From: Paraspadella gotoi
Taxonomy: Eukaryota > Animalia > Chaetognatha
DNA: 64,000 bases
Direction of reading: 5' to 3'
Assembly: GCA_051294375.1 (NCBI GenBank)
Contig: CM119267.1
Span: forward strand, 15,602,105 to 15,666,104
Part shown: positions 23,204 to 36,432 of the stretch, one piece after another
How the letters are laid out: each line of letters starts with the position of its first letter
Numbering within the stretch: position 1 is the stretch's first letter
The notes under the pieces: model-generated
Told to the model about the DNA's origin: nothing
Database searches by the model: none
Seen by the model: the letters and a program-made list of their open reading frames with translations, nothing else
Position numbers and translations under genes: made by a program

Positions 23204-25743
23204 TCATTTAAAATTAAAGGAATAATCAGCTTCGCTTTCTAAAGGACGAAAATCGAGCGTCGTGGCATCAGAAGTCGGAGACGTCGACAAAAGATTGACC
23301 CCTGACATAGAGACGCTAATGTTTTCTTTATTAGACGAAAAATCTTTGATTGACACCGAAGTGGTTGCATCCTGATCGTCTTTCGGCCTTGCTTCAACGA
23401 CCTTGACGTCGATTCCAGACTGAGAAATAAGATCGGTAAGCAATCTCCGGGCGTGAGTGTGTTGGCGTTGTAACTCTTTAAGTTCGTCTTCGAAATCGAT
23501 AGCCATGTTGGATTTTAAAGAGGACACAGTCGTCTCCACGTTAAAAGGGGGCGACGGACAGTTTCTTCCAACGCTTTCCTTCAAATTTAGAAGAGACGGT
23601 TCAGTAGTAGATAACGGAGGATCGAATTCTTTTTGGTACTCAAATAAAGAAGCTGCTTCTGAATTGGTCACAACCTCTTTCGGACGAAAAGATAGAAACG
23701 TATCTTGCGTATTAGGCAAAGTTGTTTCAGAAGCTGCCAATTGGTTTTGCAATTGTCGACCGATCGGAAAAGATGAGCCGATAGAATCGAGTAAAGAGAC
23801 ACGGGGTTCGCTCGTTTGAGTATTGGCAGAATTTTCAGGAACGAACGTTTGGCGTTCTGAGTTATGAGATCCAAGAAGTTTCAAATCATTTAGGCGTTGT
23901 TGAGCGTCCTGCTGCTGCAAGGTCAAACTTTGTATTTGAAGCTCTAACCGTTTAATGCTATCGGGAGGGTCGTTTACCTTTGCTTGACGTTTCGGCGCTG
24001 AATTTCTTTGTAAAACCTGGTCAAGAACCTGGGAATCGAACTTCGAAACGCGTGTCGACGAAGTAACGAGTGGATGAGTTCCATTATTTGCAATGTTTAC
24101 GGAAGAGTTTTCACGGAAAGGAAGGCTAATTAAGGTTCTTTCTCGGGGGGAAGGTAGAGAAATTGGAACGTCGGACGTTTTACAAGATGCGTATTGGCCA
24201 CAGGATAAAACGACCTCGGGAGAACGATTCCGTCCATACGAAAATAGATTCGCTGTAGCCTCTTCACCTACGATAATAGATAAAATCACAAGTAATGCAG
24301 ATTGAAAAAAAAACCGATGACACTAAAAGCTTGGTGATGCTTTTGCTTTTTTAAATCTTTTTCTTACGAACCTGAAAAAGGTATCAGCTCTTGCCTTTGA
24401 AACTCTTCGGGATCCGTTGCCAGTTTCTTTCTGGTCATCGCCGCTTGGCAAGCAGTCAACTGTTGCAGTTTTTCTGACGGGCTATTCTTCATTTTCTGAA
24501 CCACCGACTGCATCGCAGTGGGAGATACACTATTCACAAACGCGGAAACTTCGCGTAATGGTTGCAGCATTGACGCCTCTAACGCTGAACGCCTCGTCGC
24601 CAAATCGAGGACGGCCGCGAATCTGTCCATCTTCAACCTTAACTCCTTTATCCCGTCTTCTTGACGTTTGTATATCTGCTCGAAGCATTGACGCATTTCC
24701 TTTTGCTCCTCACGAATGGAGAGAACGTCGGCCGTCAGCAAATCCAAAAATGTCTTCATCCCGTCCGCCTCGGTCTCTTTTTGATGAATTTTTTGAGCGG
24801 CAGCTTCAATTTGCTTTCTTAATTCTATAATTTCACGTTTGGCTTTCTTAATTTCTGCGCGAACGTCGTCATCGACGGTTCTGACCGGAGAGCTCGAAGA
24901 CGTTTTCGAATTAAAAACTTCGTCTTCGCCGTCATTAATAACTTTCTCAATTTTATCGATCATTTCTAAGGGGAGACTCCCCTTTGCCTTTTTTTCCTTT
25001 TCAGCCGAGAGAGGGCGCTCAGGCAGCATTTCGTCAGTTAAATCAGTCCGGTTTAAGCAATCGGGTTCAGAAATGATTCCACGAGACGGAGCTCGATCTC
25101 CGACCACTAAGTCGGGCTCCGGAGTCGTGGACGTAAGAACCTCGTTTTTGTTTGATTCAAGGGTGGGGGCCTGAGTAAAGCTCGCGAGTCCATAGATTCG
25201 ACGAGGGCGAGTCGACCTCGTTTTGCCATCCTCTTTCGACGATGTGGCAAAAAGTTCCTTGACGATGTCGCCGCCGCCGAGAAAAGCCTTGAACTCCTTC
25301 TCATCGCACAAGATCTCTTGTAAAATCCCGCTCTTGTTGGGTCGCCCTGTGTTCTTGGGAGTATCTCCGAGCAGGCGAGAGGCGCGAGCAATAGCCTTCT
25401 CCTCCTCCTGCAGGCGGACGACTTCCAGATTGCGGCTCTTGAAGGAATCCTTACGGCGCTCTCGTTCACGAGGGGACAGTTTAAACTCTTCAAAATCGGT
25501 GTTCCAGGTGTCATTCCACGATGGTCGTCGCTTAATGCGTTCGGAACGGGGACGACTCTTATCGTCATCGGATCGAGGCTCCGACCTCGTCTGGCTCAAC
25601 GCCGATTTGGGCCTTGTAGGCTTCTTCGCTACCCTTTTCGATTTGGCCGAGTTTTGGGATGACTGCGAAAGGCGAAGGCCGCTAAGGCTGCGATATTTGT
25701 GCGGCTTGAGGCCGGTGCCTGATAATTCCGAGTTCGTACTCAT
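23204..25743 (-). CDS. SPICE1: Spindle and centriole-associated protein 1-like (CCDC52), 2 exons
   Basis: N-terminal block WNDTWNTD..SPRERERRKDSFKSRN..EEKA..ILQEILCD..KELF..RRIYGLASFTQAP parallels recalled SPICE1 WDNTVTDL..PEDLVRRHEIHKSKN..IMKEILSD..KELFPRRRTGFPNVTVAP; followed by coiled coils. Confidence 0.72.
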
Positions 25744-26049
25744 TTGACTTTTATTATTGTTTCACTTCAGTTGCCTAAAGGGTTAAAAGATTTTGGTTTA
25801 TCTTATTTATAAGCGCGTGAACAATAAAATAAATGCAGGGAATGTCGAAATATTTGTTAACAAAATTAATAATCACCGAATGAAGAATAAAAAAAAAACA
25901 CAAAAAAATACGAACGAGATAATCAGTCAACTGTACATAAAAATAATCAGCAATATGCACGAACCGCATTTGTTTTTTTATATTTTTTTAAGTTAAGACT
26001 AGCAGTATGCCTATCTTTGTGACCGGCAAACAAAAAGAGATTCTTTCCC

Positions 26050-29000
26050 TCATTTGTCTTCCATTTCCATGATCAAGTCGTCCTCGCCGACTTGATCTCC
26101 GACCTTGACGTGAACTTTCTTGACGACGCCAGATTTTTGAGCGACGAGCGAGTTTTGCATCTTCATCGCTTCAACGACGACGACCTCCATGCCCTCGGCG
26201 ACGCGATCGCCGACGGCGACGGCCACGCTCTTGATAATACCCGGCATGGGGGACAACAAAACTTTGCCCATGTCAATCTTGGGTTTCTCCGGCATAAACT
26301 TTTTTAGCCTTGCGAACCTTTCTTCGAGGATCTTGACTCGGAAAATGGTGCCCATGTACTGAAGGGAGATGGCGCCGCAATGGTCGTTGGATATCAGTTG
26401 CATCGCCGTCGTGCCCGCGGACTTGAGATCGATGATAGGGTCGGCGAAGTTGATGACGTCGTCAATGATGATCGGATAAGAATCGCCATCGTGTACAACT
26501 TTGAAGGAGCCATCATCTACGTGGACGGTAAGGTCTTTGTTTTCTAATCCCGCGACAGAAACGTTGAGACGCCACTTGTAACGTCGCGAGTTGTTAATGG
26601 GGCTTCTCGATTGGTCGATGAATGAGGACTGTCGAAGAGAGTCCTTGACGAAGATGCTCGCGGCGACTGATTCGAGATTCTTGGTCTCCGGGATGGAAAG
26701 CTGTTTTCCCTGGAAGCCCTCAGGATAAACATCGGGCAAATAGTTAGTCGTAACTTGGCCCGCAACAAATTTAGCTTCAGTCACGATGTCACGGAGAAGA
26801 GGAATGTTGTGGGTCACCCCGCGAATCACGTAGGAGTCCAAAGCCTAGACGGTTTGGGAAACAACAAAAGCATAGCTGAGATATATGACGAATACTGTAA
26901 AAATAACATTTTCACAATATAAACACGAATATACCAGATACCAAAGATTTATCGAAATACCTTTGTCATTATTTTTAAGGCTTCATTTCTGGATTCTCCA
27001 TACGTAATCAATTTGCAAATCATTGGATCGTAGAAAACGGAAATTTCTGATCCTTCGGTGATTCCGCTGTCGCACCTAACCCCTAAGAGAAATTATACTA
27101 TATACATACACATTACACAATATATGTAATGTATGCAACATACAGGTACATGTGTCTTGAGCTTTTTAACACTTCTTAAAATTTACAAGTGAACCGATAA
27201 AATTTACCGGGAGTAGAGTCCGGCTCTTTGTACTTAAGTAGCCTTCCGACAGAGGGCAATCCGAAATTCTTGGTTGGATCTTCGGCGTAGACGCGACTTT
27301 CGACAGACCAACCGTGAATCTTTATGTCGGATTGTTTGTGCTTGAGTGGATGACCTTTGGCTACCCGGAGCATTTGGTGTACAAGATCGATGCCTGTGGC
27401 GAATGTCATAAAAATTGTTTCGACTTTCGACAATGCTTTGTATTTTCCTTGTTTGTTCGAATATGTTAGACAAGAGAATTAAATCTTTAATTACTTAATA
27501 ATAATATTTCATATGATGATGAAACTTTCATTGAAAGTAATAATAATTACCCGTGATGGCCTCGGAAATTGGGTGTTCGACCTGAAGACGAGTGTTGATT
27601 TCGAGGAAATAAAAGTTTTTGTCGCCGTCAACAAGAAACTCGCAAGTTCCGGCCGAATCATACTTGACGGCGCGAGCGAGCGCCACTGCTTCCTCTCCCA
27701 TGCGGCGACGAAGACTAAAAAAAGTACGAACCAATGAGGAATTTAATAAACCGCTCCCTGTTTCTTCATATTTTACTAATAATAAGATATTAAGCCATAA
27801 AAGAATAAACGAACCCCATTCACAGTCACTAATCAAGTATTTACTCAGGGTCCACAAAAGGAGAAGGCGCTTCCTCGATAACTTTTTGGTTTCTCCGCTG
27901 AATCGAACAGTCACGTTCGTTCAAATAGATGTAGTTTCCGTGTTTATCGCCGATGAGCTGTCGTTTGATGGAAAATTATACGACAGTGTGTAATATTTAA
28001 AGCATACCTTATCTAAAAATATTAAATATTATATAATATAATATAATAATATTTAAAATCAACCTTAACCTAAAGACTTGGCAGAATAAGCTCTTTGTTT
28101 TTTGTTTTAAAAATTTTGTCATTTTTCACCGCAAAAGTGGTATGGGTAGGTGTAGCCGCACTCAATGGGGTGAGCCAGAAATGTAAAGCGAGTACAGGAT
28201 CAAACGAAAATTGTAACATTTTTAAGTATACTTTAAACTGACAAAATTTTTTAATATGGCTCTATACCCTAGTAATTAATTTTTATGAAAATTTTTATAA
28301 TATTTATAGATAAAAAATGGGAAAAATTTTTGGGGAAAAATATTAAGTTTTAAGACCAGATGTAGATAGCTCAAGTTGTCTACACAAGGCACAATTTATT
28401 TGTATGATAAGTGGGTCAAAAATAAGAAAAACTATAAAAAATCATCTTTCGATGATTTTATCAGTTTTTTATAAGTAAGAATATTTAAAAGCTGTAATTA
28501 TATTTTTTTTAGAATTCATTAAAAAAATTAGATTTCAATTTTTTTTCTATATAGTTACATGATAATTTTAATTAGTACCCTGGGGAAAAAGCATTTTTAA
28601 AGAAATATTTTTTAATACTATAATCTATGATCATGATAGATTATTTTAATGCTGTATAAATTGGCATTTAAATTTGATCGGCTATGGATTTACTTAAAAC
28701 GTGGACACACCTGAATTTCAATGTGCCTCGGATTCCATATATACTTTTCGATGAGCATACGATCATCGCCGAAACTGCTTGCGGCTTCTTGCGAAGACAG
28801 CTTGAAACCCTCGCGACATTCGTCGTCGTTCCACGCGATTCTCATTCCTTTATTTCAAAATATATATATATATATATATATAATAATATATATTTTTAAA
28901 AATATGGCTGGGAATTATGTTACGAAATGGGTCAAAGGAAACTTTCAATCGCCAAGTTTTGTTCATGTTTTTATCAATAAATATATTTCAAATCTTTTCC

Positions 29001-30171
29001 ATTATGGAATCTTATAAATTTATTACAATGGTTAATGTTTTGGTTATATGGCAACACATTCACGGTCGCTAACGTTAACTTCATTATTCAAAACCCCCAA
29101 AAAATATGCATGTAAAAATAATTAACAAAAACAGGTAATACATATGTATAAATGTCAAATCATCCTCACTTGTAGTAGTAGTAGTAGTCACAACAGTACT
29201 GATCCATGTAAGGGAGCTAATGGTTGCATGGTTGGTTGCATCAAAAGTTCATTCCTTATATCCATACTTCGTACTTACTAATCCCAATTTACTTATTAAT
29301 AATCACCTTTTCCGCCGCCGCCGGCTGAAGCCTTGATCATGACCGGATACCCAATCTCATTTGAGACTTTTATAGCAGCGTCGGCGTCAGGCACGAGCCC
29401 GTCGAAACCGGGAATGCAACTGATTTTGGCCTCATTGGCGATGCGTTTGCTCTCGATCTTGTCGCCCATAGACGAAATGGCCTTAGAGTTAGGGCCGACA
29501 AAAGCGACGCCAAGATCCTCCAATTTCTTCGCAAAAACTGAGGAAAACCATTTTTGTTTGGTTTGCTCAAATTTCTCAAGACTAATTAGACCGACTAACC
29601 GGTGTTTTCAGATAAGAATCCGTATCCAGGATGGACAGCTTCCGCCCCAGTCTTTTTTACAGCTTGCAATACGTTTTCCATTTTAAGGTAAGAATCCAAA
29701 GCCAGTGCGGGACCGACGCAAACCGCCTCATCGGCCATCTTTACGTGACGGGAGAACGCATCAGGTTCACTAAAAATATTAAATGACGACGGATGTTTTA
29801 AACAGTAAGTTATAATTATATTCTGCAAAACAATATTTCCCCCCCAATTTTACTTGCCTGTAAATTGCCACAGTTTTTATACCCATCTTCCTGCAAGTGA
29901 GGATTACGCGGCAAGCGATTTCTCCCCGATTCGCTATGAGCACTTTTTTGAAAGCAGGTTCTTTGGGATCAATCGGATCGGCAAAGTAGAAAGAGTCATG
30001 ATTTGGCCATGTTCGGGCCGCGCTGGGCGCCATCGCCGGGCTCGTCGCGGTCGCCGCGCTGGCGCAACGCGCGTTCACTCGCGACACGCAGATTGCGATG
30101 GCCGACCGAGGATCGCGAGCCCAGGCGCCGCCCCGGGCAAGGAGAGCGGATCGGGGGATGCGCGACAACAT
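26050..30171 (-). CDS. PCCA: Propionyl-CoA carboxylase alpha chain, mitochondrial, 9 exons
   Basis: Arg/Ala-rich transit peptide. Biotin carboxylase motifs [65 protein letters not shown]; [19 protein letters not shown]; biotinyl domain EAMKMQN. First intron 29770-29857 is GC-AG. Confidence 0.96.
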
Positions 30172-30201
30172 GACCACCGCACAGGGAAGTTATTCTCCTT
30201 G

Positions 30202-30240
30202 CTACGTAAGTGGACGAAAAACATTAGTATTTATGAAAAA
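30202..30240 (-). promoter_or_regulatory. Putative trans-splice acceptor (branch point + polypyrimidine tract + AG) upstream of PCCA
   Basis: Minus strand reads TACTAATGTTTTTCGTCCACTTACGTAG, 30 nt before the ATG, in a 91-nt spacer after the PDRG1 stop that has no consensus 5' donor. Confidence 0.65.
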
Positions 30241-30262
30241 ATAAAAGAAGAATACAAATGAG

Positions 30263-30679
30263 CTAAGTTGGGAACAAGTGCAGTTCTTTCATTTGCAAAG
30301 GCTTTAAATCAAATCCCTTCAATTCGGGCTTTTTTTCCAAATGCCTTAGATTTTGAAGCTTAGGTTTAAGACCCTCACGCAATTTCGACATTTCTTCCTC
30401 GAGTTTTTGTTGATCTTCTTCCAAAATAGGGCGAATTTCTGACGTGGGAAGTTTGATGAACATGTCGCCGAGACAGACCCAGGTTTTGCCTTTTTTCGCG
30501 ACAGTCCGACCTTTTTCATCAAATGTTCTCTCTTGATTCATCAGGACTCTAAGAGCCTCTCTGTTCTTGTTTCTCCTCTTTTCCAACTCGGTAATGGAAT
30601 GTTTATCGGATAAAATATCTTCGCCCAAAGCTTCGATTCTGCCGAGAAAATCGGCGACCTTTCCAGCGTCGTAAGTCAT
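30263..30679 (-). CDS. PDRG1: p53 and DNA damage-regulated protein 1 (prefoldin-like), intronless
   Basis: 138 aa: EDILSDKHSITELEKRRNKNREALR, WVCLGDMFIKLP, LEEDQQKLEEE, KPELKGFDLKPL. Confidence 0.92.
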   Translation of the reverse strand: MTYDAGKVADFLGRIEALGEDILSDKHSITELEKRRNKNREALRVLMNQERTFDEKGRTVAKKGKTWVCLGDMFIKLPTSEIRPILEEDQQKLEEEMSKLREGLKPKLQNLRHLEKKPELKGFDLKPLQMKELHLFPT

Positions 30680-31005
30680 GATTCTTTTGAAATGAAAATT
30701 TAAAAAAAAGAAGGATTATGACGTGTATAACACCCGCAAAAAGTAGAATTAAGTAAATTATCCAATAACCAAAGAACGAAAAAAATTTGATATAGGAAAG
30801 AATCGTGGCAGATGAAGTAAAAAATGTGATCACAGAATACCTTTTTTCCCTGAAAATCAAATTTTAAGAAACGCCTTACAATCGAACAATTAAGTAAGTG
30901 TTGCAAGTTTTAACGTAAAACTTGTCATGTGCAGTAAATTCTTTGTTTTTATTGGCATAAGTACGAATTCCAGGCGTTATAGAATCGGTTTCAAAAAATC
31001 CGATA

Positions 31006-33060
31006 TTATTTTTTCAACGTGTCCCTGCAGAATCCAGGTCCGGTGATGGGCGTGTAACTGATTCCTCGTCGATCGAGTCGGCACTGCATCTCGTCGACAC
31101 GGGACATAACGTCATCGAAGTCGGTGACGGTCTCCGAACTCCAAAGACGCTCGGCCACGAAGAATGCCGCCGGCCAAATATTCGATAATACTATATCGTT
31201 GTTAGTGTATTCCGCCCACAAGCAAGCTAAACCGTGTCAAAAAGTGTTAAAAAATAAATGTATATCTTTAAAATTCAGGAGTTATTACCTTCACCACCCA
31301 TGACCAGTGCCTTCTCTTTCATCGTTCCGTTAAAATTTGTAGGATCCGCTTTGTAATAATCTTTAAGGTAGTTAAAGGAGTACGGATTTGCTCGATAATT
31401 TAGATACCAGGGCGAAGACAAAATTGCTCGGTGACCTAGGATAAAAACAATAAGAAGTGAGGAACAAAGCTAGAGAAAACAATATCAATCATTCAACTAC
31501 TACGGTTAAACTACCTCATAATTGTCGTTAATAGCCAAGGTTACCATCTTACCATCACATACCAGTTTTTGTAACGTTCTTTAATGTGTTATTGTAATCC
31601 CCAAGCCATATTTGGACCACAGTATTTTCTGGAAACTTGACCCCATGCAACAAAGGATCTTGCCATGTGATTAGGCTAAAACAAACGATTTTTTTACAAA
31701 TCTATGTATGTAAATATTTGTAAAAAATTATCTCCTGTCCAACCTACCTGAATTTAGAATCGCTCAAGATGCTAATAATCTTGTCGAAGTAATATTCCTC
31801 CAGCTGTCCATTGGTGGTGAAATTTTTTAACTTCATAAATTCTTGAACTTGAGGATTACTCTGCCAACATTTAAAATCCGTTTCATCTCCGCCAATGTGA
31901 AAAAAATCATCCGCAAAGACTCTTCGCCATTCATTTGAGAGTTTTTTCAAGACATCGAAAGTGTAATCTTTCGCCGGATTTAGCAATTGGAAGGAACCGT
32001 CCGGTTTTCCTTCGCTGTAACAGGGCGTCAATAAATCCGGCAGGCCAATGCGCCAAGATCCCGTATGTCCTGTGACAAAACAACAGGTAAACTTAACAAG
32101 CAAACCAATTTTTATGCTAAAACAAACCTGGAGTGTCAAACTCGGGAACGACTCGAATTCCTCTTCGACGAGCATATTCGACGATCTCAGCCACATCCGA
32201 CTGAATGATGCAAGTCAAATTCTGTTTTCAAATATCCCCGAGTATGACCTAACTAAATCGAACCTGCGAATACACGAAATTGGCATCGTACGCTCCGTTG
32301 GTTAAATTGGGAAAAGTAGTGCTGGCGTATGGAAACGATTGGTCGTCAACGATGTGCCAATGAAAGACGTTTAGCTTTGCAAAGGACATAGCGTCCAAGT
32401 TGGAGAGCAGGTTACGCTGAAGAAGAAGGTAAAAAATGAAGCGATGCCCGTAGAGAAGGAAGAGGAGCGTCGTGAGGAGCAGAATGACCTTGCTCATTAT
32501 ACAATTTACGGTACCTTCTTAATAAAGTGACGACTGGTATCGAGTAACAACCCTCGGTGAGGAAATCTGGGAAAATCTTCGACGTGTGCCTCCGACACTC
32601 GCAGACAACCGCTGGCCGCGTCTAAGTGGACCATCTGGCTGAAGGTCTCTAAAGCTCGCAAGGCGCCCCACACTTCCGAAGCTTTGACGACGGCTCCGTC
32701 GGCTTTGACCAACAGGGAATAGGCCTCGTTCGACTTTTCGGAGGGATAAACGCCGACGCAAGGGAAGGCCACATTTATGATGAACTTGCGAAGAACTCTC
32801 GTCTCGTTTGCGCAAGAAGAGGGCGATTTCCCAGCGTTGATAAGATGAGAATATCGGGCGACGGCCAAGGGAAGAATATCGCATTCGGCACCGATGGGCA
32901 CGAGAGAGAATTTAGGATCCAACGTCAGCGGATCTTCGACGTATTTTTTCAACATCTGAGGCATTGGTATCGGCTGGCCGACCGACGGTTGTACAGATGT
33001 TGCCATTTTCAATGACAACAATGACAACAAAAAGCAAAAAACGAAGTGACGACCGAGCAT
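31006..33060 (-). CDS. Beta-hexosaminidase (GH20, HEXA/HEXB-like), 7 exons
   Basis: Signal peptide; [61 protein letters not shown], catalytic HIGGDE, WYLNY, GGEACLWAEY. Confidence 0.95.
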
Positions 33061-33362
33061 ATTTCTATCTAAAGCTTTTTTTTCTACAGAGGTAAAAATA
33101 AGGCAAGTAGTGAAGATAGTAATGATTTGATCACATACCAAGAGGCGAATTTCTTTTCTTAAAACCTTTTTTAAAGAATATTTTCAAGCAGGCTTACCAC
33201 TTAGCAAACAAAATACATTTTATTAGTTTACTACACTAAGTATATATTTAAATAACTAAACTGTAATAAACATAGCAACAAAAAAATAGGATCTCTTGTG
33301 ATCAAGTTTTTTATCACGAAGGTAAGTGAATGTAAGTTTGGAACACAGTAATAAATCAAAGG

Positions 33363-36291
33363 TCAACTTCTTTTCAAAACTTGTATAAATGCGTCGTTAG
33401 GAATTTCCACTTTACCGATTAATCTCATTCGTCTTTTTCCCTCGGCCTGTTTCTTCAAAAGCTTGATCTTACGCGACATATCTCCGCCGTAACACTTGGC
33501 CGTCACGTCTTTTTTGTACGGAGAGATGTTCTCACGCGCAATAATTTTAGATCCGATGGCGGCTTGAATCACAATCTTGAACATTTGTCTCTCAATCACG
33601 TCCTTCAACTTGAGCACGATATCTCTTCCCAACTCTCGGGCGTGGTCCGCGTGGGCTATGAGAGACAGTTCATCGATTGGCTTGCTGCAAACAGAGCAGT
33701 AATGAATTATATCATCTCATGATCAAACATATTATTTTCTGCCAAGTGTAATAACGCTGACTTCAAGCTATGCTAACTCAATAATTCTTTCTCTCAATAA
33801 AATCATGGTCAAAAAGGTTAATTTGTTGTCACCTGTTAACGAGAAAATCTACTCTAACCATATTCGAAACGACGTAACTATCGTGTGAATAGTCGAATGA
33901 AGCGTATCCCGACGACACGGATTTGAGAGCGTCGAAAAAATCAACAATGATTTCGCTTAACGGAATTTTGTACTTGTAAACTATTCTGTTTCCTAAAATT
34001 CAATTGGCATTATTGAATAAATATTAACTACATTTGACATCCACTTTGATAATGATCAAAATATTGTAAACCTTCAATAGTTGTCGCGGATAATTCCTCT
34101 CCTCTTCGAGACAAACACAAACTCTCAATGGCACTCCCATACTCAATTGGCGTAATAATAGACGCAATGGCAATAGGCTCCATGGAGTACTCTACCTCAT
34201 TCGGATCTGGCATTTCAGCAGGGGAGTGCACCAATTTTTCCGTCTCATTTTTGCCTTTTCTAAAAATATATATATATAAATAAATAAATATACCGCAGAA
34301 AAAATCCGAACCTTGAGTCTTTACTTTTTAACTTTGTAAATGACGTTCGGGGAAGTGACGATTACGGGTGCGTCAAATTCTTGTTCCAATCGTTCTCGGA
34401 AAACCTCAAGATGCAAGATACCTAAAAACCCAACCATCCAGCCAGGACCCAAAGCGGCCGAAAAATCTTTTCGCAAACTGACGCCGGGGTCGTTGAGCAT
34501 TAACTTATCCAAAGCTTTCGCCAAATGACTATATTGAGTTTTGTCGAGGGGATAAAGACCAGCAAAAACTACCGGGATTTGAGGTTTGAATCCTGGCGAA
34601 AAAAGAAACGTTTTAGGTTTTCGTATTCCCCAAAAAAAATCAAGAAACGAACGAAATTATTCAACAAACATACAAATAAAAATTTAATTTATATTATACA
34701 TATAAGACGAAGCCGAAATATTACTATATAAATTATATATATATAATATATATATGAAATATTATACCACTTCATTGATAGGGAAGCTGGGAGTGAATAA
34801 ACAAGTCTGTGAGAGAGGCTTGATTAAAAGCTTGCAAGATAGCTTATTTATTAAATGGATGGATAATTTTTATATTGATTGTACCAATTTCATACAAGAT
34901 AAAAATCTTTGCGTTCTTAACAAGAACGGTAATTCCCATTGTTTTAACCGCATTGACTTTATTTTCACATGTATTTGGACAGACAGACATACAGACCGAC
35001 TAACGGACGGACCGACCGACCGAAAAGTGACTTATAGAGTTGCTTCGCGAGTACTCGCGGCGCAACTAAAAAAAAACACACCTTCGATCGGCTCCACTTT
35101 TTGCCCGACGTGAAATACAGTCTCCCCGATGTGAACATCAGCTGTCTCCTTAATTCCCGTAAGAACGAAACCCACGTGTCCCGCGCACAATTCTGTCACG
35201 CTTCTCTCTTCCGGTTCAAAGACGCCAAGTTCGTGAGCAATCTGCTGGCGCTGAGAGTGAAAGAATTCGATTTTGTCCCCGCGCCGCAATGACCCATGGA
35301 GGACCACGATGAGGGCGACTGTTCCACGATACTGGTTGTACCAAGAGTCGAAGACGAGGGCAGTGAGCGGGGCATGGTTCGAAGGCGGCGGCGGGGGCGG
35401 TATGCGTTCAACGATGCTGTCGAGAAGATCCTCGACGCCGGCACCGAATTTGGCGGAAACGCGAAGCACGTCGGCAGCGGGGACGCCGAAGAGCGACTGT
35501 ATTTGCGATGAGACCTGATCGGGGTTTGCTGATTTCAAGTCGATCTTATTCAAGACGGGAACGATGACGAGGCTCCGCTCTGAGGCTAAAAAGAAGTTTG
35601 CCACCGTCTGCGCTTGGACGCCCTAAAAAATAAAACGGCTCACCTTATAAATTTGAAACGAGATATATATATCCGCATCGCGAAAGAATGAACTACAAGA
35701 CTCACTATTCAAGGCCATTCTAACCTGATTGGCGTCTACCAAAAGCACGACTCCTTGACAGGCAGCCAACGACCGCGAGACTTCGTAGCTAAAGTCGACG
35801 TGTCCCGGTGTATCGATGAGGTTCAAGAGGTAATTCTGTTCGTCGTACTTAAACTTATAGCGAAAAGAGACTGTTTGCGCTTTGACGGTTATTCCTCTCT
35901 CTCGCTCGACCGGTAACTTGTCCAAAACTTGCTCGTTCTTTCTCCCTTCGCTTTTGATGGCTCCGACAAATTCGAGAATTCGGTCAGCCAACGTGCTTTT
36001 CCCATGATCGATGTGAGCGATTATGCTTCATAAATTGATAATTAAATAGAAAACGGTGAGAAAGCAAAAAATAAATTAAATTGGTAATTTAATTACTAAA
36101 TTAGATTCCTCTCACCTAAAATTTCTTATCCTTTCGATGGGAATATCGCGAGTAATTTCGCTATAGTTAGAATCGAGAGGTTTCGTCCAATGTAAATATC
36201 GCGTTGAAGAAATCACGGACAATGGCGCTTTTAAAATAGAATCTCTTGTCAAAATTATTTTGGAGAATCGACATAATATTGATAAATTCAT
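33363..36291 (-). CDS. GUF1: Mitochondrial translation factor GUF1 (EF4/LepA), 7 exons
   Basis: [92 protein letters not shown]. Confidence 0.97.
34977..35076 (+). mobile_element. 3' end of a Helentron/DINE-1-like (HINE) non-autonomous element in GUF1 intron 3
   Basis: Tetranucleotide microsatellite (CAGA/CGGA/CCGA)n, then AAAGTGACTTATAGAG, a terminal palindrome AGTTGCttCGCGAGTACTCGCGgcGCAACT and an A-run. Confidence 0.6.
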
Positions 36292-36432
36292 ACCGGGATT
36301 CTTTCAAAACCACTTTTTAGTTTTCACTGTCGAATCGACAGTGTCGATCTCATTTCATAGTTTTCTTTATTCGGTTCTGAATAGAATAATATACACATTG
36401 GCTCGTTATAATCACGTTTGACAAACGCGGCT

